Positions 16,073 through 28,500 of a DNA stretch of 64,000 bases are shown here, piece by piece. Position 1 is the first letter of the stretch; the number at the start of each line of letters is the position of its first letter. The position numbers were made by a program, and so were the translations under genes. Source of the stretch: Octopus sinensis (taxonomy: Eukaryota); assembly GCF_006345805.1 (NCBI RefSeq), contig NC_042998.1:128774001-128838000 (forward strand), written 5' to 3'. A model generated the notes under the pieces. The model made no database searches. It was given only the letters and a program-made list of their open reading frames with translations, and had not been told where the DNA came from.

Positions 16073-16116
<44 letters not shown>

Positions 16117-17320
16117 TTTTCAAAGGTGGTGAGCTGGCAGAATCGTTAGCGCACTGGACGAAATGCTTAGCAGTATTTTGCCCAATGCTATGTTCTGAGT
16201 TCAAATTCCACTGAGGTCGACCTTGCCTTTCATCCTTTTGGGGTTGATAAATTAAGTACCATTTACACACTAATTGATTAGTCCTCTTCCTCCAAATTTC
16301 AGGCCTTGTGCCAGTAGTAGAAAGGATTATAATCTTTCCAACCCATGCCAGCATGGAAAGCAGACATTAAGTGACAACGACAATGACGATGATAATGATG
16401 GATCTTTTACTCTTTTACTTGTTTCAGTCATTTGACTGCAGCCATGCTGGAGCACTGCCTTGAAGAGTTTTTGTTGAACACATTGACCCCAGTTCTTATG
16501 TTTTTTAAAGCCTAGTACTTATTCTAAGTTATGAGGATGTAAACATGCCATCACTGGTTGTCAAGTGGTAGTGATGGGACAAATACAGACACAAAGCATA
16601 GATATATACATATATGTATACACAACAGGCTTCTTTCAGTTTCTGTCTACCAAATCCACTCACAAGGCTCTGGTTGGCCTGAGGCTATAGTGGATAAACA
16701 CTTGGCCATGGTGCCACACAGTACGACTGAACCTGGAACCATGTGGCTGGTAAACAAGCTACTTACCACACAGCCACTCCCGTATCTAATATAGTAATAA
16801 TAATAATAATAATCTTTGGATGGTATTTATACACATTTAATATTTCATATTGGTACAGCTTGATGCAACCCCAAAAAACTGGTTCGCCAGTCAGCATCAT
16901 TAGACCGTGGTTGGCAGAAAGGAATAGGAACTTTAATTGTATATTCAAAATGCTTCCTGAAAACAAATTTAAGAGACATACACACACACACACATATATG
17001 GTTGAATGCATGGGTAGGAAAAACAAAAAGGCAGAGGAAAGAGGAGGCAAACGAGAAAGTGTGTAGAGTTAAGAGCGTAACAGAAGGGAGAAGGACGAAA
17101 AAGAGAATGAATGCAACAATGGAATTTACCACTTTGGACAATACGTTCATGGGTTTCTGGCAGTAAGGCAAGGTTACCAAGAATACGGGCACAGAGTTGC
17201 TGCAGATGGACGTTGCCTGGGTAACTCAACAGAGATCTTCGTAAAAGAGCCAGTCCACCTTTCTGTACTATTTCCACTGTGTTATTGCCAATCTAGTAAT
17301 GAAGGGAAAGAACAGGAAAA

Positions 17321-17377
<57 letters not shown>

Positions 17378-17973
17378 TTAATAATAATAATAATAATATT
17401 AATAATAATAATAATAATATTAATAATAATAATAATGACAGCAATGGTATGACCATAAAAGACAAAGCAAAAAATTGGTACGACCATAAACCCAAAGGCA
17501 TCACCAAAAATGATGATGCAAAGATCCTGTGGGATTTTATGATTCAGTGCGACCATGAGATAGAGAATAGGATGCCAGACATAGTCTTAATTGAGAAAGA
17601 AAGCAAACCGTGCTGGATCATAGATATAGCATGCCCAGCTGACAACAAGGTATGCGATAAGGAAGAAAGAAAAGTCAATAGATATGACAGGTTAGCTTGG
17701 GAGGTTAAGCAGTTGTGGTTGATGAAAAAGGTGGTAGTAGTACCAGTAATTATCGGAGCCTTGGGAACAGTGAGTAAAAATCTTGAGAAGTACATGGAAC
17801 AAATAGGGGCTGCTATAAGGGTGGAGCACTTGCAGAAAACAGCACTGCTTGGAACTGCTTGATTACTCCGGAAGGTGCTCAAAAAATAAGGGGTGTTACC
17901 TTAGTTCACTGGTAGTGAACAGCTGACACTGTAGTACATCTCCAGCGTTAGAAGCTGTGCAAAGGCAATAATG

Positions 17974-18033
<60 letters not shown>

Positions 18034-20245
18034 TAATAATAATAATAATGATCTTAACTGATTGGAAGCTTCTGATCTTAACTGATTGGAAGCTTCTGAT
18101 CTTAACTGATTGGAAGTGTTATCATGTACATTGTTTTGTCTTGGTATAAAAGATGGGCTACAGCAAATATTCTGCTCAATACCACAGGTTTGCTTGTCAG
18201 TTGTTTGACCTTAACCAGTTGAGCATGTCCCTTAGTGGCTGACGATATGTGCATCTCTGATCACAAGCAGAAGTAGTGGGGGAGCATCATAGCCATGTGC
18301 TGAGAGGGATTTTTTGGAGTTTGGATAATTCACTTCTGGAAACATGAGTGTTTTATTCAACATCCTTAAACAACCCTTATTCAGGGACCGTTTGAGCGGG
18401 ATGGGCTACTCAACCTGAAGAAAATTCTAACTGGGCCCCACCTGCAAGGTCATGTGCTGTTTATCTTGATATGAGATCACCATGTCGCGCACATATGGTT
18501 GTGATGCATGTGCCTGGTGTACCTTTATCAGACGGGTAGTCATGATGGGTATATTGGGCTTCGTATATTTTACCCCAGGGTCACTTTGATGGCATGAACT
18601 GCTCTCTCACTCAATAATAATAATAATAATTGTTTCAAATTTTGGCACAAGACCAGCTATTTTAAGGAGATGGGGGTTAGTCAATTACATCACCCACCAA
18701 TGTTCAATTGGTACTAATTCTATTGACCCTCAAAGGTTGGAAGTCAAAGCTGATCTCAGTGGCATTTGAACTAAGAACATAAATAACTGCAAGAAATGCC
18801 ACTAAGTCTTTTGCCCAGTGCAGTAACAATTATGCTGGTTCACAGCCTTTTTTCATCATCATCGTTTAACGTCCGCTTTCCATGCTAGCATGGGTTGGAC
18901 GGTTCAACTGGGGTCTGGGAAGCCAGAAGGCTGCACCAGGTCCAGTCTGATCTGGCAGTGTTTCTACAGCTGGATGCCCTTCCTAACGCCAACCATTCCG
19001 TGAGTGTAGTGGGTGCTTTTTACGTGCCACCGGCACAGGTGCCAGACGAGGCTGGCAAACGGCCACGATCGGATGGTGCTTTTTACGTGCCACCGGCACG
19101 GAGACCAGATGAAGCTGGCAACAGCTACGGTCGGATGGTGCTTTTTACGGAAGCCAGTCAGGGCGGCGCTGGCTACGGCCATGTTTGGATGGTTCTCTTA
19201 CGTGCCACTGAATAATAATAATTATGGTTTCAAATTTTGGCACAGGGCCAGCAATTTTGGTGGAGGGGATAAGTCAAGGCTCAACTGGTACTTGCTTTAA
19301 CGACCCCGAAAAGATGAAAGGCAAAGTCAACCTTGACAGTATTTGAACTCAGAATGTGCAGGCAGGCGAAATGCTAAAGGTTCTGTCAGCTCACTGCCTT
19401 TTTTTGATAATAATAATAATAATCCTTTCTACAATAACAGACACGTGTACCTTTAATATTGTTCTCAGGGAGATTCAACATGACACAGAATGTGACAAAG
19501 CTAGCCCTTTGAAATAGAGGTGCTATATATTTTTGCCAGTTGAGTGAACTGGAGCAACATGAAATAAAGTGTTTTGCTCAAGGACACAACATATTCACAG
19601 GAATGACCTTATCATCATGAGTCATATATCCTAACCCCTAAGCTACACTACACACCTTCACATTTTGGTTTTTGTAATAACAGTTGTCATTATATTACAG
19701 CAATTTCAGCCACATTGAAGGGAGAGGCGAAATACAAGAGAGAATAAACGGTGAGAGAAAAGTGGGAGAGAGAGATTGCTGATGCTTTGCTTTGTGTGAT
19801 TACAATGTTCTTATGTTCTTCATCACCTGCAGCAACACCATCATTACTGTCATTCATTCTACACCATACAAATACCAATCCAACTTGCACACATACATAA
19901 TCGTTGTTGTGGACATCATCATCATTTAATGACCCTCTTCCCTGTTGGGACGATGTATGTGTATTGGTTTCTACTGCATAACTAACAACAGTAAATAGAA
20001 TCCTGATCCAATGCCAAGTTCTCTTCTCCATCGAAAGAACAGTGTTTTTTACTACTGGAAATGTTGAATTAAGCACTGCAATCTCATGAAGCACTGCCCA
20101 GTTTTAAATATACATATAAAATCACCATCATTTTACCATTCCCTTTTCCACACTATTATGGACTGGAGTGCATTTACTGTGGTAAACTTCCTATGGCTGG
20201 ATGTCTTTTCTGTTCCAGCCCATGTCTGTTTCCAAATACGGTAAT

Positions 20246-20289
<44 letters not shown>

Positions 20290-22493
20290 CAGATGTCATG
20301 TAGTTGACAAGTTTGCATTGTTAGTGCTTTCAAATTGCCATGCAATGCATACGTGTGTGTGTGTTATACATACATTGGTGTCAAGGTGTGTATAACAAAA
20401 TCTGATCAATTAAAAGTGCGAAATAAATGAAGACAAAGCAACAATTATTTACTTACCACTGACTGTCTCAATATGGCCTCCAGAAGACTTTCTAAGATGC
20501 TCAACTCTGAGTTAGCAGCATTATCTTTATTCAAATCTTCAACACTGTCAGCATTTTCTAGATTCCAGAACAATCTCTGTGAAAATAGATAATTAAAATA
20601 ATTAAATGCTAGTATGAACATGCACACACATACACACACAAACAAATCTGCATGTGCACACCACAACTCTCTAAACAATCAAATGAGACAGATAACATCT
20701 TTTACACCATGCCTTTTCATACTCCTACTTCAAAAGTCAATGGTGGTTCTCTTTGCAAGTGAAGAGTAGATTGCATGATACCTGTGTATGAAGTGTAATG
20801 CTGCACAGTAGCAAAACATATGCACTGAATGCAGAAGGTGCACAAAGAAAAAAATGAAGCAAGTATGGTCTGTTGGATGTGTGAACAACAGAGCAAAAAT
20901 GAGTGTATGGGAAATGGTAGAATGAAACTGCTGAGATGAAAACTGGCTAACTGATGTTGCTACTGTTATTTTAAATTCATATTTTAATCTTTTGATCTAA
21001 ATATTTCACCAGAGATAAGAAAGATAGTGATAGGGTCTGGAATGAAGAGATGAAGGTAAATAGGAAGCAGTGGCATCCGTGCTAGCGGGGTGCAAAGAGC
21101 ACCATACGAGTGTGATCGTTGACAGAGTGGCTAACCGGCTTCCATGCCAGAGGCACATAAAAGGCACCATTTGAGTGTGATCGTTACCAGCGTCGCCTTA
21201 CTGGCACTTGTGCCCATGCTAGTAGGGTGCCAAGAGCACCATCTGAGTGTGATCGTTGCCAGAGCGGCTAACTGGCTTCCGTGTCGGTGGCACATAAAAG
21301 GCACCATTCGAGCATGATCATTACCAGAGTTGCCTTACTGGCACCTGTGCCAGTGGCATGTGTAAAGCAATCTCTGAAAGCAATCTCTCCTGGAAATGAG
21401 AAGATATTTATGTGAAGAAAATAAGAATAATAAAGAAATAGTAGGTGTGACTGTATGGTAAGAAGCTTGCTTCCCATTGCATGGCACCTTGAGCAAGTGT
21501 CTTCTATTATAGCCTTGGGTTGACCAAAGCCTTGTGAATGGAAACTGAAAGTAGCTTGTCATGTATATGTGTATATAGGGAGAATTCACAAAAAAACAAA
21601 AGACGAAGACAGGTGGTGTAGACAACAAACAGATGTATTAGTATAATGCTCGGGAAGTGAAAAAGTCTTGAATGTTTTGAGCCTACGCTCTTCCACAGAA
21701 AGGAACACATAAAGAAACAGGAGAGGAAATAAAGAATAAACTTATTAAACAACATTACTCTTTTATGTACACTTTTTATGTACATTCCTTTATGTACACT
21801 GATTTGTTCTGCTTTTTATATTTAACCCTACAGTCTTTTATGTGGTGGTTTAATAAAGTTTGTGATTCAGTATTATCTGGTAATTGATATTTGATTTAGA
21901 TGTATTTATCCATTTTCTTATCTTGTATTAGTAATTTGTGCTAAATCATTTTACCTTTGCCCATATAATACAGTAAATGAATTGATTGCATCGCAATCAT
22001 TAACATTTATGTTTTTGATTTGATTTGATTTAGTTTCAGCTCACGAGCTGTGGCCATGCTGAGCAGTATATTAGATATATGTTATCCCATGGAGGGTTGC
22101 ATTTACAACCCCTATCTCAATTTGTATATATATATATATATATATATATAATAATAAATATTAGGGAATAAATCCAAATTTACAGGGAAAAATAAGATTT
22201 AGGATTGAATCCAATTTTATAGTAAAATATAATATAATATTAATTAGAGACAAAACCACTATTATGCAAATCAAACAAAGAAAGACTTAATCCAATACAT
22301 AAAAAATTTTATATAAATTAAATATAATTAAGATATCCACTACAATCGTTTCTTGTCACTTCAATGGACATTCATCAGTGACAAGAAACGATCGTAGTGG
22401 ATATCTTAATTATATTTAATTTATATAAAATTTTTTATGTATTGGATTAAGTCTTTCTTTGTTTGATTTGCATAATAGTGCTTTTGTCTCTAA

Positions 22494-22554
<61 letters not shown>

Positions 22555-25500
22555 CACACATATATATATATACACGCACATATATATATATACACATACA
22601 CACACATATATATATATATACACACATATACATTATACATGAAGCTTGTGTCTGTGTTTGCACTCCTCCATCATTGGCGTGTTTAAGTTCTCTGTAACTT
22701 AGCTGTTCAGCAAAGAGAACAATAGAATAAGGACTAGGCTTAAATATAAGTCTTGGGGTCAAATTGTTTGACAAAAACACTTCGAGGTGGTGATCCAGCA
22801 TGGTCACAGTCAAATGACTGAAATAAGTCAAAAAAAAAATTTTTTAAAAAAAGAGAATAAAAGAGAAAATTTTTCAAAACTCACCCCTAAATCTCTAGTT
22901 TCTTTTTTTTGAAGACCTGCAGAAGTGAAGTATCCAACACATGGATCTTCTGTCACCGGAAGACTTGCTAGCAATTCTCGTAATTCTGTTAACAGTTCCT
23001 TCTGAAATATGAAATAATATTTATGTATTTCAGTATTCTTTTCTAATTAATCGTTGTTGTTTAGCCATGGGTCAACGTAGTTGATAGGATCATCATCGTC
23101 ATAATCATTTAGCATCTGCTTTCCATGTTGGCATGGGTTAGACAGTTTGACTGAAACTGGTAAGCAGGAGAGCTGCACCAAGTTCCAGTTTGATTTTGCA
23201 TGGTTTCTACGGCTGGATGCCCTTCCTAATGCTAACCAACCTTACGTCTAGGACCACATTGTTTAATCCCTTTGATATCAATCTACCTGAGACTGACCGG
23301 GGCTCTAGGACACAAATTTCCTGTTTTTAAGTGATCTAAAGTCAAACCTTTCATCAAAATATCATGTTAATTCATTCCAAACACCAGTGTAATAATAACA
23401 AAGTTATTTTAATAAAGGTAATTTTTTTTTGCCACTATAAAGAACTATGTTACTACATTTTAATCCCAGGAAAAATGTCTGGTTACTGTCTAGTATTGTT
23501 ATTACTTATATTTCATTTAGAGATTTTAGAACTAGCTATTTTAATAAATTTTTTGTTATTTTAGAAATGAACTGAAACAGATTGTATATATCAAAAGAAG
23601 TCATCATCATCATAATCGTTTAACGTCCGCTTTCCATGCTAGCATGGGTTGGACGATTTGACTGAGGTCTGGCAAACCAGATGGCTGCACCAGGCTCCAA
23701 TCTGATCAGGCAGAGTTGGATGCCCTTCCTAACGCCAACCACTCTGTGAGTGTAGTGGGTGCTTTTATGTGCCACTGGCATGAGGGCCAGTCAGGCAGTA
23801 CTGGCAACGGCCATGCTCAAATGGTGCCTTTTATGTGCCACCTGTACAGGAGCTAGTCCAGTGACATTGGCAACGACCTCGCTCAAATGTTGTTTTTCAC
23901 GTGCTACCGGCACAAGTGCCAAAGGCGACGCTGGTAACAATCACGCTCGAATGGTGCTTTTTATGTGCCACCGACACGGGAGCCAGTCAGCGGCCCTGGC
24001 AACAATCATGCTCGGATGGTGCTCTTAATGTTCCACTAGCATGGATGCCAGTCAAGCGGTGCTGTCATCAGCCACATCAGTGAATTTGATTTCAATTTCA
24101 CTTGCCTCAACATGTCTTCACAAGCAGAGTTTAGTGTCCAATGAAAGAAAGGTATGCATAAGTGGGCTGGTTACACCACTGGCATAGGCCATGGGTTATG
24201 GTCTCACCTTGCTGGGTCTTCTCAAGCACAGCATATTTCCAAAGGCCTCAGTCACTAGTCATTGCCTTGGTGAGGCCTAATGTTCGAAGGTCGTGCTTCA
24301 CTACCTCATCCCAGGTTTTCCTGGGTCTACCTCTTTCACAGGTTCCCTCAACCGCTAGAGTGTGACACTTTTTCACACAGCTATCCTCATACATTCTCAC
24401 CACATGACCATACCAGCACAGTCATCTCTTTTGCACACTACATCTGATGCTTCTTAGGTTCAACTTTTCTCTCAAGGCACTAACACACACACACACATAT
24501 GTATGTGTGTGTTTTGTGTTTGTTCCCCACCAGTGCTTGGCAACTGATATTGATGGGTTTCTGTGCCCGTAATTTAGCAGTTTTGCAAAAGAGACCAATA
24601 GAATAAGTGCCAGGCTTAAACAAAATAGATACTAGGTTCAATTCTTTTGGCTACAAATTCTTCAAGGTGGTGCCCCAGCATGGCCACAGTTTAATGAATA
24701 AAACAAGTAAAAGATAGAAGATTTGTTTCTCCATGTTAGCACAAGTTGGATAGGTCTTAACATACAATATATTGGTTCTCATCTTATCTTCATGTTTTGT
24801 CATCTCATCTGTGAAGCTAATATGACAATACAATTTTTTTTCATGTATTCGTCTAAAGAGATTTTGATAAGGACTAAAACAAAATCAATTTGAATGTTTT
24901 TATTTTTCCACAGTATTTAATCCTTTAGTATTCAGATTACTTTGTCAAAAGTGATGTTTATTTATTCACATTTTCAAAATTTAATCATGTATTATCTTGT
25001 AGCTTTAAAATTTTCAGGATGTGATAGTTTAATTTTAGATTAACATTGTAGGGTAGCAGAATATTTTGGGCAGATATAACCAGTTTAAATGCTACCTGGT
25101 TAAATACTGAGAAGAATCAAATACACCCTATCATCTAATAGGGTATCAAAGATAAACATGATAAAACAAGACTCAAAGAAACTACTGTTGATCTGTATTG
25201 GCAAGACCTGTATTATTTAGAAAAACAAAGAAAAAGATCACAGTAAACTTGGAAATTGGAAAGAATCCAATGAAACAGGGGAAACTGGAAGAATCCAATG
25301 TTTCAGACAGATGTCTCTCTTTTATTTCACTTAAGTCACCTTTGACTTGAAGAAGATTTTGGTCAGAATCTTGAATACCACTCCCCATGGCAAGTTCATT
25401 GTATGCTTTTTGTTAGTTTTATTAAAGATAAATGATTAGTGCTGTGTCTATTCTTGAAGCTGTAAGCTTGGTTGATAAGAGAAATGATAGAAATTACACA

Positions 25501-28500
25501 AGAGGAATGGCTCATTATGATGAGCAGTGGCAGCACAGCAAAATTGAAAGGTATTTCATTATTTCTAGTGCTCAGTCCAGCTCCTCTTATTAGAAATGTT
25601 ATCTGAATGCTGTTCTGTCTATAAAGTGAAGTGGGAGACATTTGTCTTATCTGCTTAATGTTACAATAAACCAGAATTGAACACCTTGAATACCAAGGTA
25701 GTGAAGCCACTTTCAGGTCACTGTTGTTTGTTCCTTCTCGAGCTACACCTGGCTCATAAGGGCCGATTTCCCGGTTTCCATGGCGTATAGGTTCCCCACC
25801 TGGATGGGACACTGGTCCGTCGCAGGTGAGCTGCAAGATGCAGGAGGAAAGAGTGAGAGAAAGTTGTGGCGGAAGAGTCAGCAGAAGTTCGCCATTACCT
25901 TCTGCCGGAGCTGCGTGGAGCTTAAGTGTTTTGCTCATAAACACACACATCGCCTGGTCTGAGATTCGAACCCGCGATCTCTCGATTGCGAGTCCGCTGC
26001 TCTAACTACTAAGCCGTATGCCTCCACATTGTAATAATTTAACTTTGAATGAATGGACACAGGGCAATAATAATCCAAAGCTAAACAAATAAAACAAAAT
26101 GAAATGAGAAAAAAATGATTCAATGATACCTTTGTATCGGTAATCTGAGGAGGCTTTCTGAAAAACCGCATATCAGCATTTTCTGACCGTGCAAGACCAA
26201 TGAAAGTTCGGTAGTCAGCTGCTTGCCGTATCTCTCGGTATTCATAGTCTGTAGAAAAAAGATGATTTCTTTCATAGGGAAAACATGTCAGGTTTGTGGA
26301 AGTGAGGTAAAAAAACAGTATAAACAAGGGAAAATAAGGGACCCCAGGTTGTAATGAAAATAGGAAATATATAGAATGAAAAAGAGGGTGTAGATATAGG
26401 AATGACAAATTAGTAGGAGGCAATATGAGAAAGGGTAAAGGTATGAGGAAGAAGGAGAGGGATAAGAAGATTGGATTTTGTGCTGTAAGAAAGAAGACAT
26501 TAAAACAATTTGAAAGGCTGCAAACCTTGATGATAAATTCTTTTGCTCATTCATCTTTATGAGCTCAATCAACTGAATCTAGAAGATATGCATAAGAACA
26601 ACAAAGACAAATAGCCAACTTTTGATAGAAATAGACAGAAGTGATTCAAGGAGACCACATAATGTAATGGTATTCAAAAACAACATAAATTTCCTTTCTT
26701 ATGTGTGCAATTGTCAGAGAACCAAACACATAAAGAGATACCATAAGCCAAAAGTGGATTGTATGAAAGCTTGGCTGATTGAAATGCCAAGCAACAAGAT
26801 CAGGAAGATCCTCATTATAGTTTTGGAAATTGAGCAGTTGCTTGAAATGTTCATCCAAAGTGAAGGAAAAATTAAACTGAGTGATTGTACACATGCTATT
26901 CTCAAGGGTCTATATGGTGCCATAAATGAGATATAAGACTAACGATTTGTAGTTTGTAGCTGATTGTTTACAAACAGGTATTTTGTGGTGTACGAGTATA
27001 CCAGGATTGTTTCTGTCATTGTTAACCTCCAGGTCAGTTCTGATTGAGAAAAAAACTACAATCAAATACAACCACCTTTTTTTTTTTTATCGGGCATAGT
27101 ATTATCTAGAACTACATTATCCAATAGATCCATCCTTTCTTTTTTAAGATTATAGTGTGTGATCAGAGGAAGATTTGGTAGTTATTTCTAGCATATCATG
27201 CAATGCATAAGTTTTCCAAATTGGGTCAAAATATAGAAATTTAAAGGTAGGGGTAAATCATATGTGAGAAACAAGTGTAAAAATTGTCCCCATTATAATT
27301 AGAGCAGTATAGGATAAGACAAATAGAAAAAATCCACAAGTAAAACACCAGATATCACACATCTACACAGCTACAAAATATAATGTTATTAAGGACTATT
27401 GCATATTCTCATTTAAACCGAATGCAAGAAACACAATTAACCCCCTCCCCAGGAATAATGTATGCATCTGAGACACATAAAGATGCATTTGGTGTTACAT
27501 TTTCAAATGCATCTGGAGAAAAATGGAATAAGATTAACAACCATAAATGAACACCAAATTGTTTTAAAGTATTAAAAGGAAACAAAAAAATTGAAACAAG
27601 GATAAACAACAAATCAACAAAAAAAATGAAACAAACAAATAACTGCCTTCCCAACTCCTTTGAACAAGTCTCTTGACTCCAACAATTCGAGCAAGGCGAC
27701 TCTCTGACTGTGCCAGTTTCAGAAGATTCCAGTGGTCATTGGTCTGCGACATAAGCCAGGGTAGAATAGCAGCTGTGGATAAATAGAAACAAGAACCAGG
27801 TTATATTGTTTTGTTTAAGCTTGGGAGAGAGGGAGAGGGAGGGAGCATGAGAGAGCATGAAAGTATTTTGATTTGCAATTAAAATGGTCATGACTAAGTA
27901 CTAGATCAATGTTTTAAGGTTCAAATGCTGGCATGGGTCTGCTATACAGCATTATGCTACATACCAATCTTTTGCAATCTCAACATTTTCTACTTCTTAG
28001 AGATAAAAAGTAATACAAACAACCCTATAAATATGTGTGTGTGTGTGTGTGTGTAGAGTCTAATGAGCTGTCCTCAAGGCTGTGGCTATCATGGATGCAA
28101 AACCATTGGTAACTCTATGACTAAAATTTAATATACATATCTCTTTTACTTGTTTCAGTCATTTGACTGTGGTCATGCTGGAGCACCACCTTTAGTCGAG
28201 CAAATCGACCCTAGGACCTATTCTTTGTAAGCCTAATACTTATTCTATTGGTCTCTTTTGACGAACCGCTAAGTTACAGGGACGTAAACACATCAGCATC
28301 AGTTGTCAATGTTGGGGGGACAAACAGACACATAAACACATGTATATATATATATATACATATGTGTGTGCCATGCAGTTGGACTGAACCTGGAACGATG
28401 TAGTTCATAAGCAAGCTACTTACCACACAGCCACTCCTACACCTACTAAATTATGCTTACAGCACCTAGGTTTCCCAAGCGGTAACCCATCTAAGTACTA

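Noticed and set aside
17299-17862. 187-aa poly-Asn protein ORF
   Set aside because: Chance in-frame fusion of an (AAT)n tract with a truncated retroelement endonuclease fragment.
21065-21360. Repeat-spacer-like array (also 18990-19210, 23740-24070) resembling CRISPR
   Set aside because: Degenerate ~55-60-bp minisatellite in the 3' UTR of RTE-type elements; the 'spacers' are homologous, there are no cas genes, and the context is eukaryotic.
22885-22910. Apparent frameshift in the A-run of SERAC1 exon 6
   Set aside because: Recount gives 8 A: CAA AAA AAA GAA ACT AGA GAT TTA GGG|gt, in frame.
25975-26027. tRNA gene (also the SINE heads at 7760, 15150 and 34210)
   Set aside because: A/B boxes are present but there is no acceptor stem closure or terminator, and each continues into a SINE body.
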